Below, in pieces: positions 35,898 through 47,070 of a stretch of 48,272 bases of DNA. The DNA is from Chiloscyllium plagiosum (lineage: Eukaryota). The notes under the pieces are model-generated. The model saw only the letters and a list, made by a program, of their open reading frames with translations. It was not told the origin of the DNA and did not search any database. The position numbers and the translations under genes were made by a program. Position 1 is the stretch's first letter. The number at the start of each line of letters is the position of its first letter. The stretch is taken from contig NC_057720.1 of the NCBI RefSeq assembly GCF_004010195.1, forward strand, positions 1,361,403-1,409,674, given 5' to 3'.

Positions 35898-38800
35898 ACA
35901 GAACCTGGAACACAGAAAAGTACAGCACAGAACAGGCCCTTAGTCCCACGATGTTATGCCGAGACTTAATCCTAATGTAAAATATAGTAACTTAACCTAC
36001 GCACCCCTCAACTCACTGCTATTCATGTGCATGTCCAGCAGTCACTTAAATGTCCCTAATGACTTCGCTTCCACCATCATCGCTGGCAACGTATTCCATG
36101 CATTCACAACTCTCTGCGTAAAGAACCTACCTCTGATGTTTCCTTTATACCTTCCTCCTAATATCTTCAAACTATGACTTCTCTTACCAATCAATCCTGC
36201 CCTGGGGAAAAGTCTCTGGCTATTGACTCTATCTATTCCTCTCATTATTTTGTACACCTCTATCAGGTCTCCTCTCTTCCTCCTTCTCTCCAGAGAGAAA
36301 AGTCCGAGCTTATTCAACCTTTCTTCATACAGCAAGCCCTCCAGTCCAGGCAGCATTATGGTAAACCTTCTTTGCACCCTCTCCAAAGCCTCTGCACCTT
36401 TCCTATAGTAGGACGACCAGAACTGGACACAATATTCCAAGTGTGGTCTCACCAGGGACTTGTAGAGCTGCAGCAAAACCTCACAGTGCTTAAACTCGAT
36501 CCCCCTGTTAATGAAAGCCAAAGCACCATTTGCTTTCTTAACAACCCTATCCACTTGGGTGGCAACTTTGAGGGATCTATGTACTATTTATAAAAACTAC
36601 AAAGAGCAGAGGCCCAATAACAGAGCCCTGTGGGAGCCCACTCAACACTGTCCTCCAGGCAGAGTACTGTCCATCTACAACCACTCTCTGCCTTCTGTCA
36701 GCCAGCCAATTCTGAATCCAGATAGCCAAATCTCTCTGTATCCCATACTTCCCGACTTTATGAATGAGCCTACCATGGGCAACCCAATCAAATGCCTTGC
36801 TGAAGTCCATATACACCACATCCACTGCTCCACTGTCATCGATCTGTCTTGACACCTCCTCAAGATTTGTGAGGCATAACCTGCCCCTCACAAAGCTGAC
36901 TGCCTTTAATCACACTATGCTTTGCCAAATAGTCATAAATCCTATCCCTCAGAATTCTTTCCACAACTTTGCTGACCACAGACGTAAGACTGACTGGTCT
37001 GTAATTGCCAGGGATTTCCCTATTACCCTTCTTGAAAAGTGGAACAACATTCGCCTCCTTCCAATCCTCCGGTACGACTCCCGCTGAGAGTGAGGAGGCA
37101 AATATCCTCACCAGCAGCTTAGCAATCTCCTTTCTTGTTTCGCGGAGCAGCCTAGGATAAATGTGGTCAGGCCCTGGGGACTTATCAATCTTAATGTTTT
37201 CCAAAATTTCTAGCACATCAACTTCATCAATCTTGATCTGGTCAAGACTGTTTCTCAGCTTCTCTAAGTTTTCATTTACAACAAGTTCCCTTTCCTTGGT
37301 GAAAACCGAAGCAAAAAACTCATTTATGCTTCCCCTATCTGCTCAGTCTCCACGCACAAGTTCCCTCCACTATCCCTGATTGGCCCTACCTTCTCCCTGA
37401 TCATTCTCTTATTCTTCACGTATGAGTAAAATGCCTTTGGGTTCTCCCTAATCCATCTTGCCAAGCCTTTTTCGTGTCCTCTCCTGCCTCTCCTTAGTCC
37501 ATTTTTGAGCTCCTTTCTAGCAAGCCTGTAATCCTCTAAAGCTGCGCTAGATCCTTGCTTCCTCCACCTTGTGTAAGCTGCCTTCTTCCTTTTGATGAGA
37601 AGTTCCTCTGTTCTCGTCATCCAAGGTTCCTTAATCTTACCCCTTCTTACCTGTCTCAGAGGAATAAATTTGTACATCACTTGCAACAACTGCCCCTTAA
37701 ATAGTCTCCACATGTCTGTTGTGCCCTTTCTGTGGAACAATTGCTCCCAGTCTGTACTACCCAACTCCTGTCTGACAGCGTCATAATTTCCTTTTCCCCA
37801 ATTAAATATCTTCCCTTGGTAACTGCTCCTTTCCCTCTCCATGGCTATGGTAAATGTGAGGCAGTGATGGTCATTGTCACCAAAGTGCTCTCCCACCGCG
37901 AGATCTGACACTTGTCCTGGCTCATTGCCGAGCACCAAATCCAAAATGGCCTCTCCCCTCGTCGGCCTGTCTCCATACTGAGTAAGGAAACCCTCCTGAA
38001 CACACCTGACAAAAACGGCTCCATCCAAACCATCTGCACTTGGGAGGTTCCCGCCGATATTGGAAAAGTTGAAATCACCCAGAACAACAACCCTGCTACT
38101 TCTGCATTTTTCCTGAATCTGCTCACCTATGAGATCTTCAATCTTTCTACTGCTATTAGGGGGGTCTGTAGAAAACCCCTAATGCGGTGGCTGTTCCTTG
38201 CTGTTCCTAACTTCCACCCATACTGACTCAGTAGACAAACCTTCCTCAATAACCTTTGTTTCTGTAACTGTGATGCTCTCTCTGATTAGCAATGTTACAC
38301 CCCCTCCTCTTTTTCCACCCTCCCTGTTCTTTTTAAATGTTCTAAACTCTGGAACATCAAACAACCATTCCTGCCCTAGTGAAACCCACGTCTCCATTAT
38401 GGCCACAACATCGTAGCCCCAAGTACTGATTCATGCTCTCAGTTCATCACTCTTATTCCAGACACTCCTTGCATTAAAGCAGACACACTTTAACAGATCC
38501 CTTTGTTTCATCGCGTGAGAAACCTTCCCAATAGATTCACTACATCTTGTCACTGCCCCATCTACAACTACCCTCCATTTCAGACATGTGACTCTGATTC
38601 CCACCCCCCTGCCAACTAGTTTAAACCCTCCCGAATCGCACGAGCAAATCTCCCACCCAGGACATTTGTGCCCCTCCAGTTCAGATGCAACCCGTCCTTC
38701 ATGTACAGGTCCCACCTTCCCCAGAAGGTATCCCAATGGTCTAGGTATCTGAAGCCCTCCCTCCTGCACCAGCCTCACAGCCACGTGTTAAGCTGCATTC

Positions 38801-39835
38801 GCTGACTGTTCCTCATCTCACTATCCCGTGGCACTGGTAGTAAACCTGAGATCACTATTCTACTCGTCCTGCTCTTCAGCTTCCAACCTAGCTCTCTGTA
38901 GTCACTTTTTAGATCCTCAATCCCTTTCCTGGCCATATCATTGGTGCCAATATGTACCACGATTACTGGCTGCTCACCCGCCCCCTTTAAAATCTTGTAA
39001 ACCCGATTGGCGACATCCCGGACCCTGGCACCAGGGAGGCAACATACCTTCCGGGAGTCCTGTTCCTGACCACAAAACCACCTGTCAATCCGTCAAACTA
39101 TTGAGTCCCCTACCACTAGCGCTTTTCTATTTTCCCCCCTTCCCTTCTGAGCCACAGTGCCAGGCTCAGTGCCAGAGACCTGACAACTATGGCTTTTCCT
39201 GCTGGTAGGCAGTTCCCACCAGCAGTATCCAAAACGGTATACTTAATGTGGAGGGGAACGGCCACAGGGGATCTCTGCTCTGACCGTCGGTTCCCTTTCC
39301 CCTCCCTGACAGTAACCCCGCTGTCCTTATCCTGTGTCTGGGGAGTAACCACCTCCCTGTACATCCTCTCAATTTCCCCCTCAGCCTCCCGGATGATCCG
39401 TAGTTCATCCAGCTCCAGCTCCAGTTCCCTAACTCGGTTTGAGGAGCTGGAGTTGGGTGCACTTCCTGCAAATGTAGTTGGCAGAGACATGTGAAGTGTC
39501 TCTCACCTGCCACATTCTGCAGGAGGAACATGCAAGTGCCCTAACATCCATATCCCGCTACTCTGAAAGCCCACACAGAGACTAAACAAAGGAAGAGAAG
39601 AGAAGGAGAAAAAGTGAGAAAATCTGAACTTACCGAGTTTACCAACTCTTAGTAAGGTTCAGGAGGTTGGTGGGAGGGAGGCCCTCCAGTGTAGGGTCTC
39701 AGGTTTAGATCTCACCTACTTAAAAATTCCCCAGCAGCCCTCGCTTTTCTCCACCCTCTCTCCTCACTGCTCTGTTCGAACTGGAGGCCCGACTCTCGAG
39801 GTGAGTTCCTTTTTAAGTGGGAAAAAAGTGGGGTA
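35898..39835 (-). mobile_element. Near full-length CR1 LINE (5' UTR, ORF1 zinc finger plus esterase, ORF2 APE-RT), disabled
   Basis: ORF1 ATG at 39551: MDVRALACSSC..ICRKC, then VHIGTNDM; ORF2 FNARS, ETW, GDNDHH, YMDFSKAFD, GLPQGSVIGP. The catalytic ADD region is deleted near 36585. Confidence 0.95.
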
Positions 39836-40948
39836 CAGTCCTGGGACCTCACTATTCACAGACGTACTATTTTTATCTCAATTGTTCCTTGAAGACCCAG
39901 TTTAGAAAGTAAACATTCAAATTTTCCATCATATAGTTTCGTAATATTCAGTGTGGTTCCAATCTTAAACTGTCTGTTCTAAATCCTCCAAGGCCATTAT
40001 AACTTCCTGTTCTATTTAAGAATTACTCATATACAATCTAAGACAGCTGCTTCTCAGCTTCTCAAATGTAAAGACAATTAAACCTGAATCTCTGTGACAT
40101 CCAAACACTCATATCACTTGCTGAGGGTTAATTGCTGTCCTTGGGCACTGTGCTACAGTGGGCAGTTAGATTCTATGGAGCTCCCCACACTCAGCTTTTC
40201 CCTGCTTTAAACACCACACTCAGCTTTTCCCTGCTTTAAACACCCCTTAATCATCTCCTTCATCTTCTTCAGCATCAACATCTGCTCCAGCCATTAGCTT
40301 TTACCTTATGCCAAGTCAGATCTTGGCATGAACCTGTCAGCATAATTAAAATGTAAAATATCGAAAGTCTCCTTTTGCTCTTTATCTCTCTTCTGAGCAG
40401 GCATCAACTCTTATTTCTGATTTTTTTTGTGTGTGTGCCTCTGTCACTTTCATTTGTCCTTCTGAATCATTTCCACAAATGTTAGGGCTGCCCATAACTG
40501 AGAGACACAAAATGGCTGACAGCTAAGCTGTCCCTCTCGCCCTGTAGAAAATGCAGACAATAGATAAACAGAATTAAAAGCCTGCGCCAACATTGAAATG
40601 AATCACAAAGGTATCTTTAAGCAGGGGTAATGCCGAGGTAAAAGAGGTTTCTGTACAATCAGCAGCTGCAACTGTTTGTTAGAGACAGTTTAGTAAGAAA
40701 TGTACAAAGACAGACAGCTTCAAAATTTGTAACAAACATTGAAGAGAAAATTAAACTCCCACAATAACAAACACAGATGAACTAATGGGATTATGGCTCA
40801 TAAAAATCTAAAAGATCAAACAAGTTCATTAAGTTGTGACAGCATTTGAGTCCCAGTCTTTTCAATGATTGTTCCATTTGGTGAAAGGAGATTAGTCAGG
40901 GCAAGGGCAGTAAATCTTATCCCAGAACACAGTATGTAATCAGCATGG

Positions 40949-41175
40949 TAAAAACAATGACTACAGATGCTGGAAACCAGATTCTGGATTAGTGGTACTG
41001 GAAGAGCACAGCAGTTCAGGCAGCATCCAAGGAGCAGGAAAATCGACGTTTCGGGCAAAAGCCCTTCATCAGCCCTTCATCCTTTATTCCTGATGAAGGG
41101 CTTTTGCCTGAAACGTCGATTTCGAAGATTTTCGGATGCTGCCTGAATTGCTGTGCTCTTCCAGCACCACTGATC
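40949..41175. mobile_element. Palindromic Penelope-derived unit with two hammerhead cores and 19-bp TSD
   Basis: CAGTATGTAATCAGCATGG at 40930-40948 and 41176-41194; inverted arms. Confidence 0.9.
41043..41072 (-). ncRNA. Minimal hammerhead ribozyme motif (intact core)
   Basis: CUGAUGA-A-GGGC-UUUU-GCCC-GAAAC-GUC on the minus strand; activity untested. Confidence 0.65.
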
Positions 41176-41689
41176 CAGTATGTAATCAGCATGGGTCATA
41201 GTGCAGGTCAAAAACAACAGATTAAGACATTTTACAGTAATTAGTTATTTTTTTTGAAACTATTCACAATATTAAAGATAGGTTCTAGTTAAAGATTTCA
41301 GATAATCACAAAGATAGATTATAGTATCTATAGGTCTACATATATACCTATATCTAATATACAAAAATCACTAAAAGCATTAGAGGATAAAAATTCAAAT
41401 AAAAATATACAAGTTAACTAGTCTCAGATAGTAAAGCAGCTCCCTCATCATTAAGGGAAGAAATGAATAATGAATCAGAGCTGGACAGGACGTGTCAACC
41501 GTGGGATGTGTATATTATGAGACACATGAGAATAAAACGAGGGATGCCTGATGCACACTGTAAGAAACAGATTAGTCATAACTCATTGGCTAAAGGAGGC
41601 TAACAGTAGGGGTAGATATAAAACCTTACTAACTTTATAGTTAAAAATCACACAACACCAGGTTATAGGCCAACAGGTTTATTTGGAAG

Positions 41690-41724
41690 CACTAGCTTTC
41701 AGAGTGCTGCTCCTTCATCAGGTG
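41690..41724 (-). ncRNA. Minimal hammerhead motif in a third Penelope-type end (element about 41641-42100)
   Basis: CAC-CUGAUGA-A-GGAG-CAGCA-CUCU-GAAAG-CUA-GUG; helix I CAC/GUG; palindromic AGCU helix III. Confidence 0.6.
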
Positions 41725-42107
41725 GGTGTGGAAGATAAGATCATGGTCACAGAATTTATAGCCAAAGAAGTCCAGTGTCAGAGAGATGTGATACAGTAAA
41801 CAATCTTAGATTAAACCTTTCATCTTTTAGAATGGAATTTGCAGGTTTCTGTTCTTTGATATGTAAATCCCAGAACTTTTTAAATTACATTCTCAAGGTA
41901 GCTCAGCTTTTTAAACAGCAAGTGGAAAGTCTGTCTGTGTCCCAATGCTATGTCAGACTGACAAACCCTCTGTATAGTTTTACAGAATTTCACATGGATT
42001 CATGTAATTTTTGAGCAAAGTAAAATGTAATTCTGTAAAAACAAATTCACCCATAAGCTTGTGCACATGTCGGAGCGACAGACTGAGTGTGTGAGTGTGA
42101 GTACATG

Positions 42108-43262
42108 TAGTCATAGAGTCATAGAGATGTACAGCATGGAAACAGACCCTTCGGTCCAACCCGTCCATGCCAACCAGATATCCCAACCCAATCTAGTCCC
42201 ACCTGCCAGCACCCGGCCCATATCCCTCCAAACCCTTCCTATTCATATACCTCCAGGCAGCATCCTGGTAAATCTCCTCTTTACCCTCTCTAAAGCTTCC
42301 ACATCCTTCCTGTAATTAAGGGACCATAACTGACCACAATATTCCAAATGGGGTCTAACCAGGGCTCGAAAGAGCTGCAGCATAACCTCACAGCTTTAAA
42401 ACTCAATCCCCAAACTAATGAAATCCAACACAATATATTCCTTCTTAACAAGCCTATCAGCTTGGGTGGCTACTTTGAGGGACCTAGGGACTTGGTAACC
42501 AAGATCCTTCTGTTCCTCCACACTGCCAAGGATCCTACCTTTAAACCTGAATTCTGCATTCAAATTCAGTCTTCCAAAATGAATGACTTCACACTTTTCC
42601 CAGATTGAACTCCATCTGCCACTTCCCAGCCCACGTCTGCATCATGTCAATGTTCCGTTGCAACCTACAACAGCCCCCCACACTATCAACCACTCCACCA
42701 ACCTTTGTGTCATTGGGAAACTTACTAACCAACTCTTCCACTCGCACATCCAACTTATTCATAAAATCACAAAGAGCAGAGGTCATGTAACCACTCCCTG
42801 CAGAAAACCACTGGTCACTGAGCTCCAGGATGAATGGTTTCGATCTATCATCGCCCTCTGTCTTCTGTGGGCCAGTAATCCCGTATCCAGACAGACAGCT
42901 TTCCCTGTATCCCATGCCTCCATACTTTCTGAATGAGCCATAAAGGTGTTTTGTCGCATTCTCAAAAGATTCAATAAGACTTGTAAGGCATGACCTGCCC
43001 CTGAAAAAACCATGCTGACTATCTCTGATCAAACTATGATTTCCCAATGAATAATAAATCCTGTCTCTCAGAGTCCTTTCCAATACTCTGCACACCACAG
43101 ACATCAGACTGACACGTGTGCAATTTTCAGGATTATCCCTACTCCATTTCCTGAACAAGGGAATAATATTTTCCTGCCTCCAATCATTTGGCCCGACTCG
43201 AGTGGACAGTGAGGGTGCAAAGGTCATCACCAGGTGCACAGCAATCCACTCTCTCGGTTCCT
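42108..43262 (-). mobile_element. CR1 fragments (RT and 3' end)
   Basis: SQHGFFRGRSCLTSLIE, SKFPNDTKVGG and a (CTATGACT)n tail. Confidence 0.9.
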
Positions 43263-43571
43263 GTGGGCGGCACGGTGGCACAATGGTTAGCACTGTTGCC
43301 TCACAGCGCCAGAGATCCGGGTTCAATTCCCGCCTCAGGCGACTGACTGTGTAGAGTTTGCACGTTCTGCGTGGGTTTCCTCCGGGTGCTCCGGTTTCCT
43401 CCCACAGTCCACAGATGTGCAGGGTCAGGTGAATTGGCCATGCTAAATTACCCGTAGTGTTAGGTAAGGGGTAAATGTAGGGGTATGGGTGGGTTCGCTT
43501 CGGTGGGTCGGTGTGGACTTGTTGGGCCGAAGGGCCTGTTTCCACACTGTATTGTAATCTGTAATCTAATC
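43263..43571 (+). mobile_element. Full-length young V-SINE
   Basis: Nearly identical to 16755-17077. Confidence 0.95.
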
Positions 43572-44149
43572 AATGTGGTGAACTTCTGTCNNNNNNNNNN
43601 NNNNNNNNNNNNNNNNNNNNNNNNNNNNNNNNNNNNNNNNNNNNNNNNNNNNNNNNNNNNNNNNNNNNNNNNNNNNNNNNNNNNNNNNNNNNNNNNNNNN
43701 NNNNNNNNNNNNNNNNNNNNNNNNNNNNNNNNNNNNNNNNNNNNNNNNNNNNNNNNNNNNNNNNNNNNNNNNNNNNNNNNNNNNNNNNNNNNNNNNNNNN
43801 NNNNNNNNNNNNNNNNNNNNNNNNNNNNNNNNNNNNNNNNNNNNNNNNNNNNNNNNNNNNNNNNNNNNNNNNNNNNNNNNNNNNNNNNNNNNNNNNNNNN
43901 NNNNNNNNNNNNNNNNNNNNNNNNNNNNNNNNNNNNNNNNNNNNNNNNNNNNNNNNNNNNNNNNNNNNNNNNNNNNNNNNNNNNNNNNNNNNNNNNNNNN
44001 NNNNNNNNNNNNNNNNNNNNNNNNNNNNNNNNNNNNNNNNNNNNNNNNNNNNNNNNNNNNNNNNNNNNNNNNNNNNNNNNNNNNNNNGGTAGCAGTGCTA
44101 ACCACTGAGACACCGTGCCATCCAATGTAACTCTCTGGAGCCCTTGCTT

Positions 44150-44780
44150 TCTCAAGCTTCCTTCTTCCTCTTGACGAGATGCCAAAGTCCATGTGGACAA
44201 CGTTGACTGCTCTGCCTTCATCTATCTTTGGCCACCTCCTCGAAGAGTCAATCCGGTTTGTGCAACATGGTTTTCCACTCACAAAGCCATGCTGACCATC
44301 TCGAATCAGCCCTTGCCTTTGTAAATGTAAGGATCTCTTTTCTCTCAAAATCTCCTCCAACAACTTCCCCATCACTGGGCTCATGGGGCTGTAATTGCCT
44401 GGCTTTTCCCTGCAGTCCTTAAGCGATGGAACAGCATTAGCTGCCCTCCAGTCTTCTAGTGCCTCACTGTGTGTGTTGATAATATACATATCTCTGTAAG
44501 GGATACTGCAATCTCTTCCCTAGCTTCCCACAATATTCTAGGATTGACCCAATGAGCTACTGAGGATTGATCTACCTTTATTTGTTTTAAGATTCCAGCA
44601 CTTTCTCTTCTCTGTTGAGGATTCTTTTCAAGACGTCACTATTTATTTCTCCAAGTTCCCGAGCTTCCATGTCTTTCGCCACAGTAAATACTGACAAGAC
44701 CCATCTCCTATGGTGCCACACATGGGTGACCTTATTGATCTTTAAGAGGCCCTATTCGCTACCAAGTTACTCTTTAGCCT
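44150..44780 (-). mobile_element. Degraded CR1 ORF2 fragment
   Basis: EDWRAANAVP, KPGNYSPMS, IRDGQHGFV. Confidence 0.8.
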
Positions 44781-45049
44781 TTATTGAAACTTGCATAAAG
44801 GCTTCTGATAATTCAAATACACCATATCCCCTATACCACTACACCCCTCCTACACCCTTACAATTCGGCCATTTATATTCATACCAACAAATTAAATCCA
44901 ACAGACTCAAAAACAAATTCTCTTTTATCACATGTGTTTCTAAGTGGCCAGTTGTTGTATATTGACATATCCTTTCTAACAATTGCAGTATGCTCCCAAG
45001 GTACTGTCAGGCTAACACTGTTTGGTTTCAGACTGACAGCAGAAAGGGT

Positions 45050-47070
45050 TGTGGGAGTTCTTGTTTATCAAGCTGAAAAAGGTAGCTCACAGGGTAAGCA
45101 GGTAATAGAGAAGGCAAATCAAATACTGACATTTAATACAGAGGGAATGGAGTCTAAAAATAGGCAGGTCTAGCTAAAACTGTGCAAGGTACAAGTCAGA
45201 CCACACCTAGAATATTATGAACAATGTGAGTGCCCGAAGGAAAGATATTGCCGCATTGGAGGCAGATCAGAGAAGGGTCACTCGGCTCATTCTGGGAATG
45301 GAGGGATTTTCTTATGAGAAGAGGTGGAGTAGGTTGAAGTCGAACCCATTGAAGTTTAGAAAATGAGATTGAAATGGAATGAAACATGCAAGATTCTGAA
45401 GGGGTCTGATCGGGCAGATGCTGGGAAGTTAGAAAATAGAACAGTAGAGCACAGCAACAGGCCCTTCGGCCCACCACGTCTATGCTGTCCAAGATACTAT
45501 TCTAACTCATACCATCTGCTTGCACAAGGTCCATATCCCTCTATTCTCTGCCTGTTCATGTTTCTGTCTAAATCCCACTTCAAAACTTTACTCACATTTC
45601 TGCTTCTACTACCTCCCTCGGTAACATCCACTCTACGTTAAAAAAAACTTGTCTCACACATCTCATTTAAACTTCCTGTTTCTCACCTTAAACCTATGCG
45701 CTCCAGTATTTTAAACTTACACCTTGGAAAAGAGATTCTGACTATCTACATTATTTATCCCTGTTCCAAATGTTATATTCCTGTGCCTGGTCACCTGTCA
45801 GCCTCTGATACTCTCACAACACATTCCAACTTTGTTTAATTTCCTCTTACACCTAACACACGCTTAAAAACCCTAACACAGGTAACGTGCTGATTAACAC
45901 ATTTTGTACTCTCTCCAAAGCCTCCCCATCCTCCCTATTGTGTGGAGGTGAGAACTGCACCCAGTACTCCAAATGTGGCCAAACAAACGTTTTATACAAT
46001 TACGACATCAGATGCAAACCACTTTACCCAACATTGAGACCGATGAAGGCCAGTGTTCCATTTGCTTTCTTTCCCATCTGAAACACTTCTGTTGCCATTT
46101 TCAGGGAGTCACTGACTTGCACCAAGATCTTTCTGTATATCAACTTCCCTCAGTATCCTAAATTTCCACTTGAATCTGACATCACCTCACAATTGTCCAG
46201 ATTAAACTCAATTTGCCATTTATGTCTATCTCTTCTACTGTTTTGTAACCTCCTGCAGATGTTAAAATGTTATATTCCTGTGCCTGGTCACCTGTCAGCC
46301 TCTGATACTCTCACAACACAATCCAACTTTATTTAATTTCCTCTTACACCTAACACACGCTTAAAAACCCTAACACAGGTAACGTGCTGATTAACACATT
46401 TTCTAATGAGAAGAGGTGGAGTAGGTTGAAGTCGAACCCATTGAAGTTTAGAAAATGAGATTGAAATGGAATGAAACATGCAAGATTCTGAAGGGGTCTG
46501 ATCGGGCAGATGCTGGGAAGTTAGAAAATAGAACAGTAGAGCACAGCAACAGGCCCTTCGGCCCTAACACCTCTCCAAAGCCTCCCCATCCTCCCTATTG
46601 TGTGGAGGTGAGAACTGCACCCAGAACTCCAAATGTGGCCAAACAAACGTTTTATACAATTACGACATCAGATGCAAACCACTTTACCGATGGAGGCCAG
46701 TGACCGATTGTGACCGATGAAGGCCAGTGTTCCATTTGCTTTCTTTCCCATCTGAAACACTTCTGTTTCAGGGAGTCACTGACTTGCACCAAGATCTTTC
46801 TGTATATCAACTTCCCTCAGTATCCTAAATTTCCACTTGAATCTGACATCACCTCACAATTGTCCAGATTAAACTCAATTTGCCATTTATGTCTATCCCT
46901 TCAACTGTTTTGTAACCTCCTGCAGATGTTAATGAATCAGGGAAACAAGGGTTTTGTGGAAAAGGCAGGAAAGTAGAGTTGGAGAGTATCAGGTCAGCCA
47001 ATGTCTGACTGAAAGACAGAGCATCCTCAATGGGCCAAATGGCCACATTCGCCTCCTACATCTCATGATC
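45050..47070. mobile_element. Nested CR1 fragments on both strands with shuffled near-identical duplications
   Basis: A plus-strand CR1 3' end is interrupted by a minus-strand CR1; three blocks each occur twice. Confidence 0.75.

Noticed and set aside
40185..40244. 29-bp tandem duplication, with a small nearby hairpin at 40308-40329
   Set aside because: Ordinary slippage-scale features with no further support.
42589..44489. Long ORFs of 207-318 aa
   Set aside because: They are SINE/CR1 read-through chimeras or run through N gaps.
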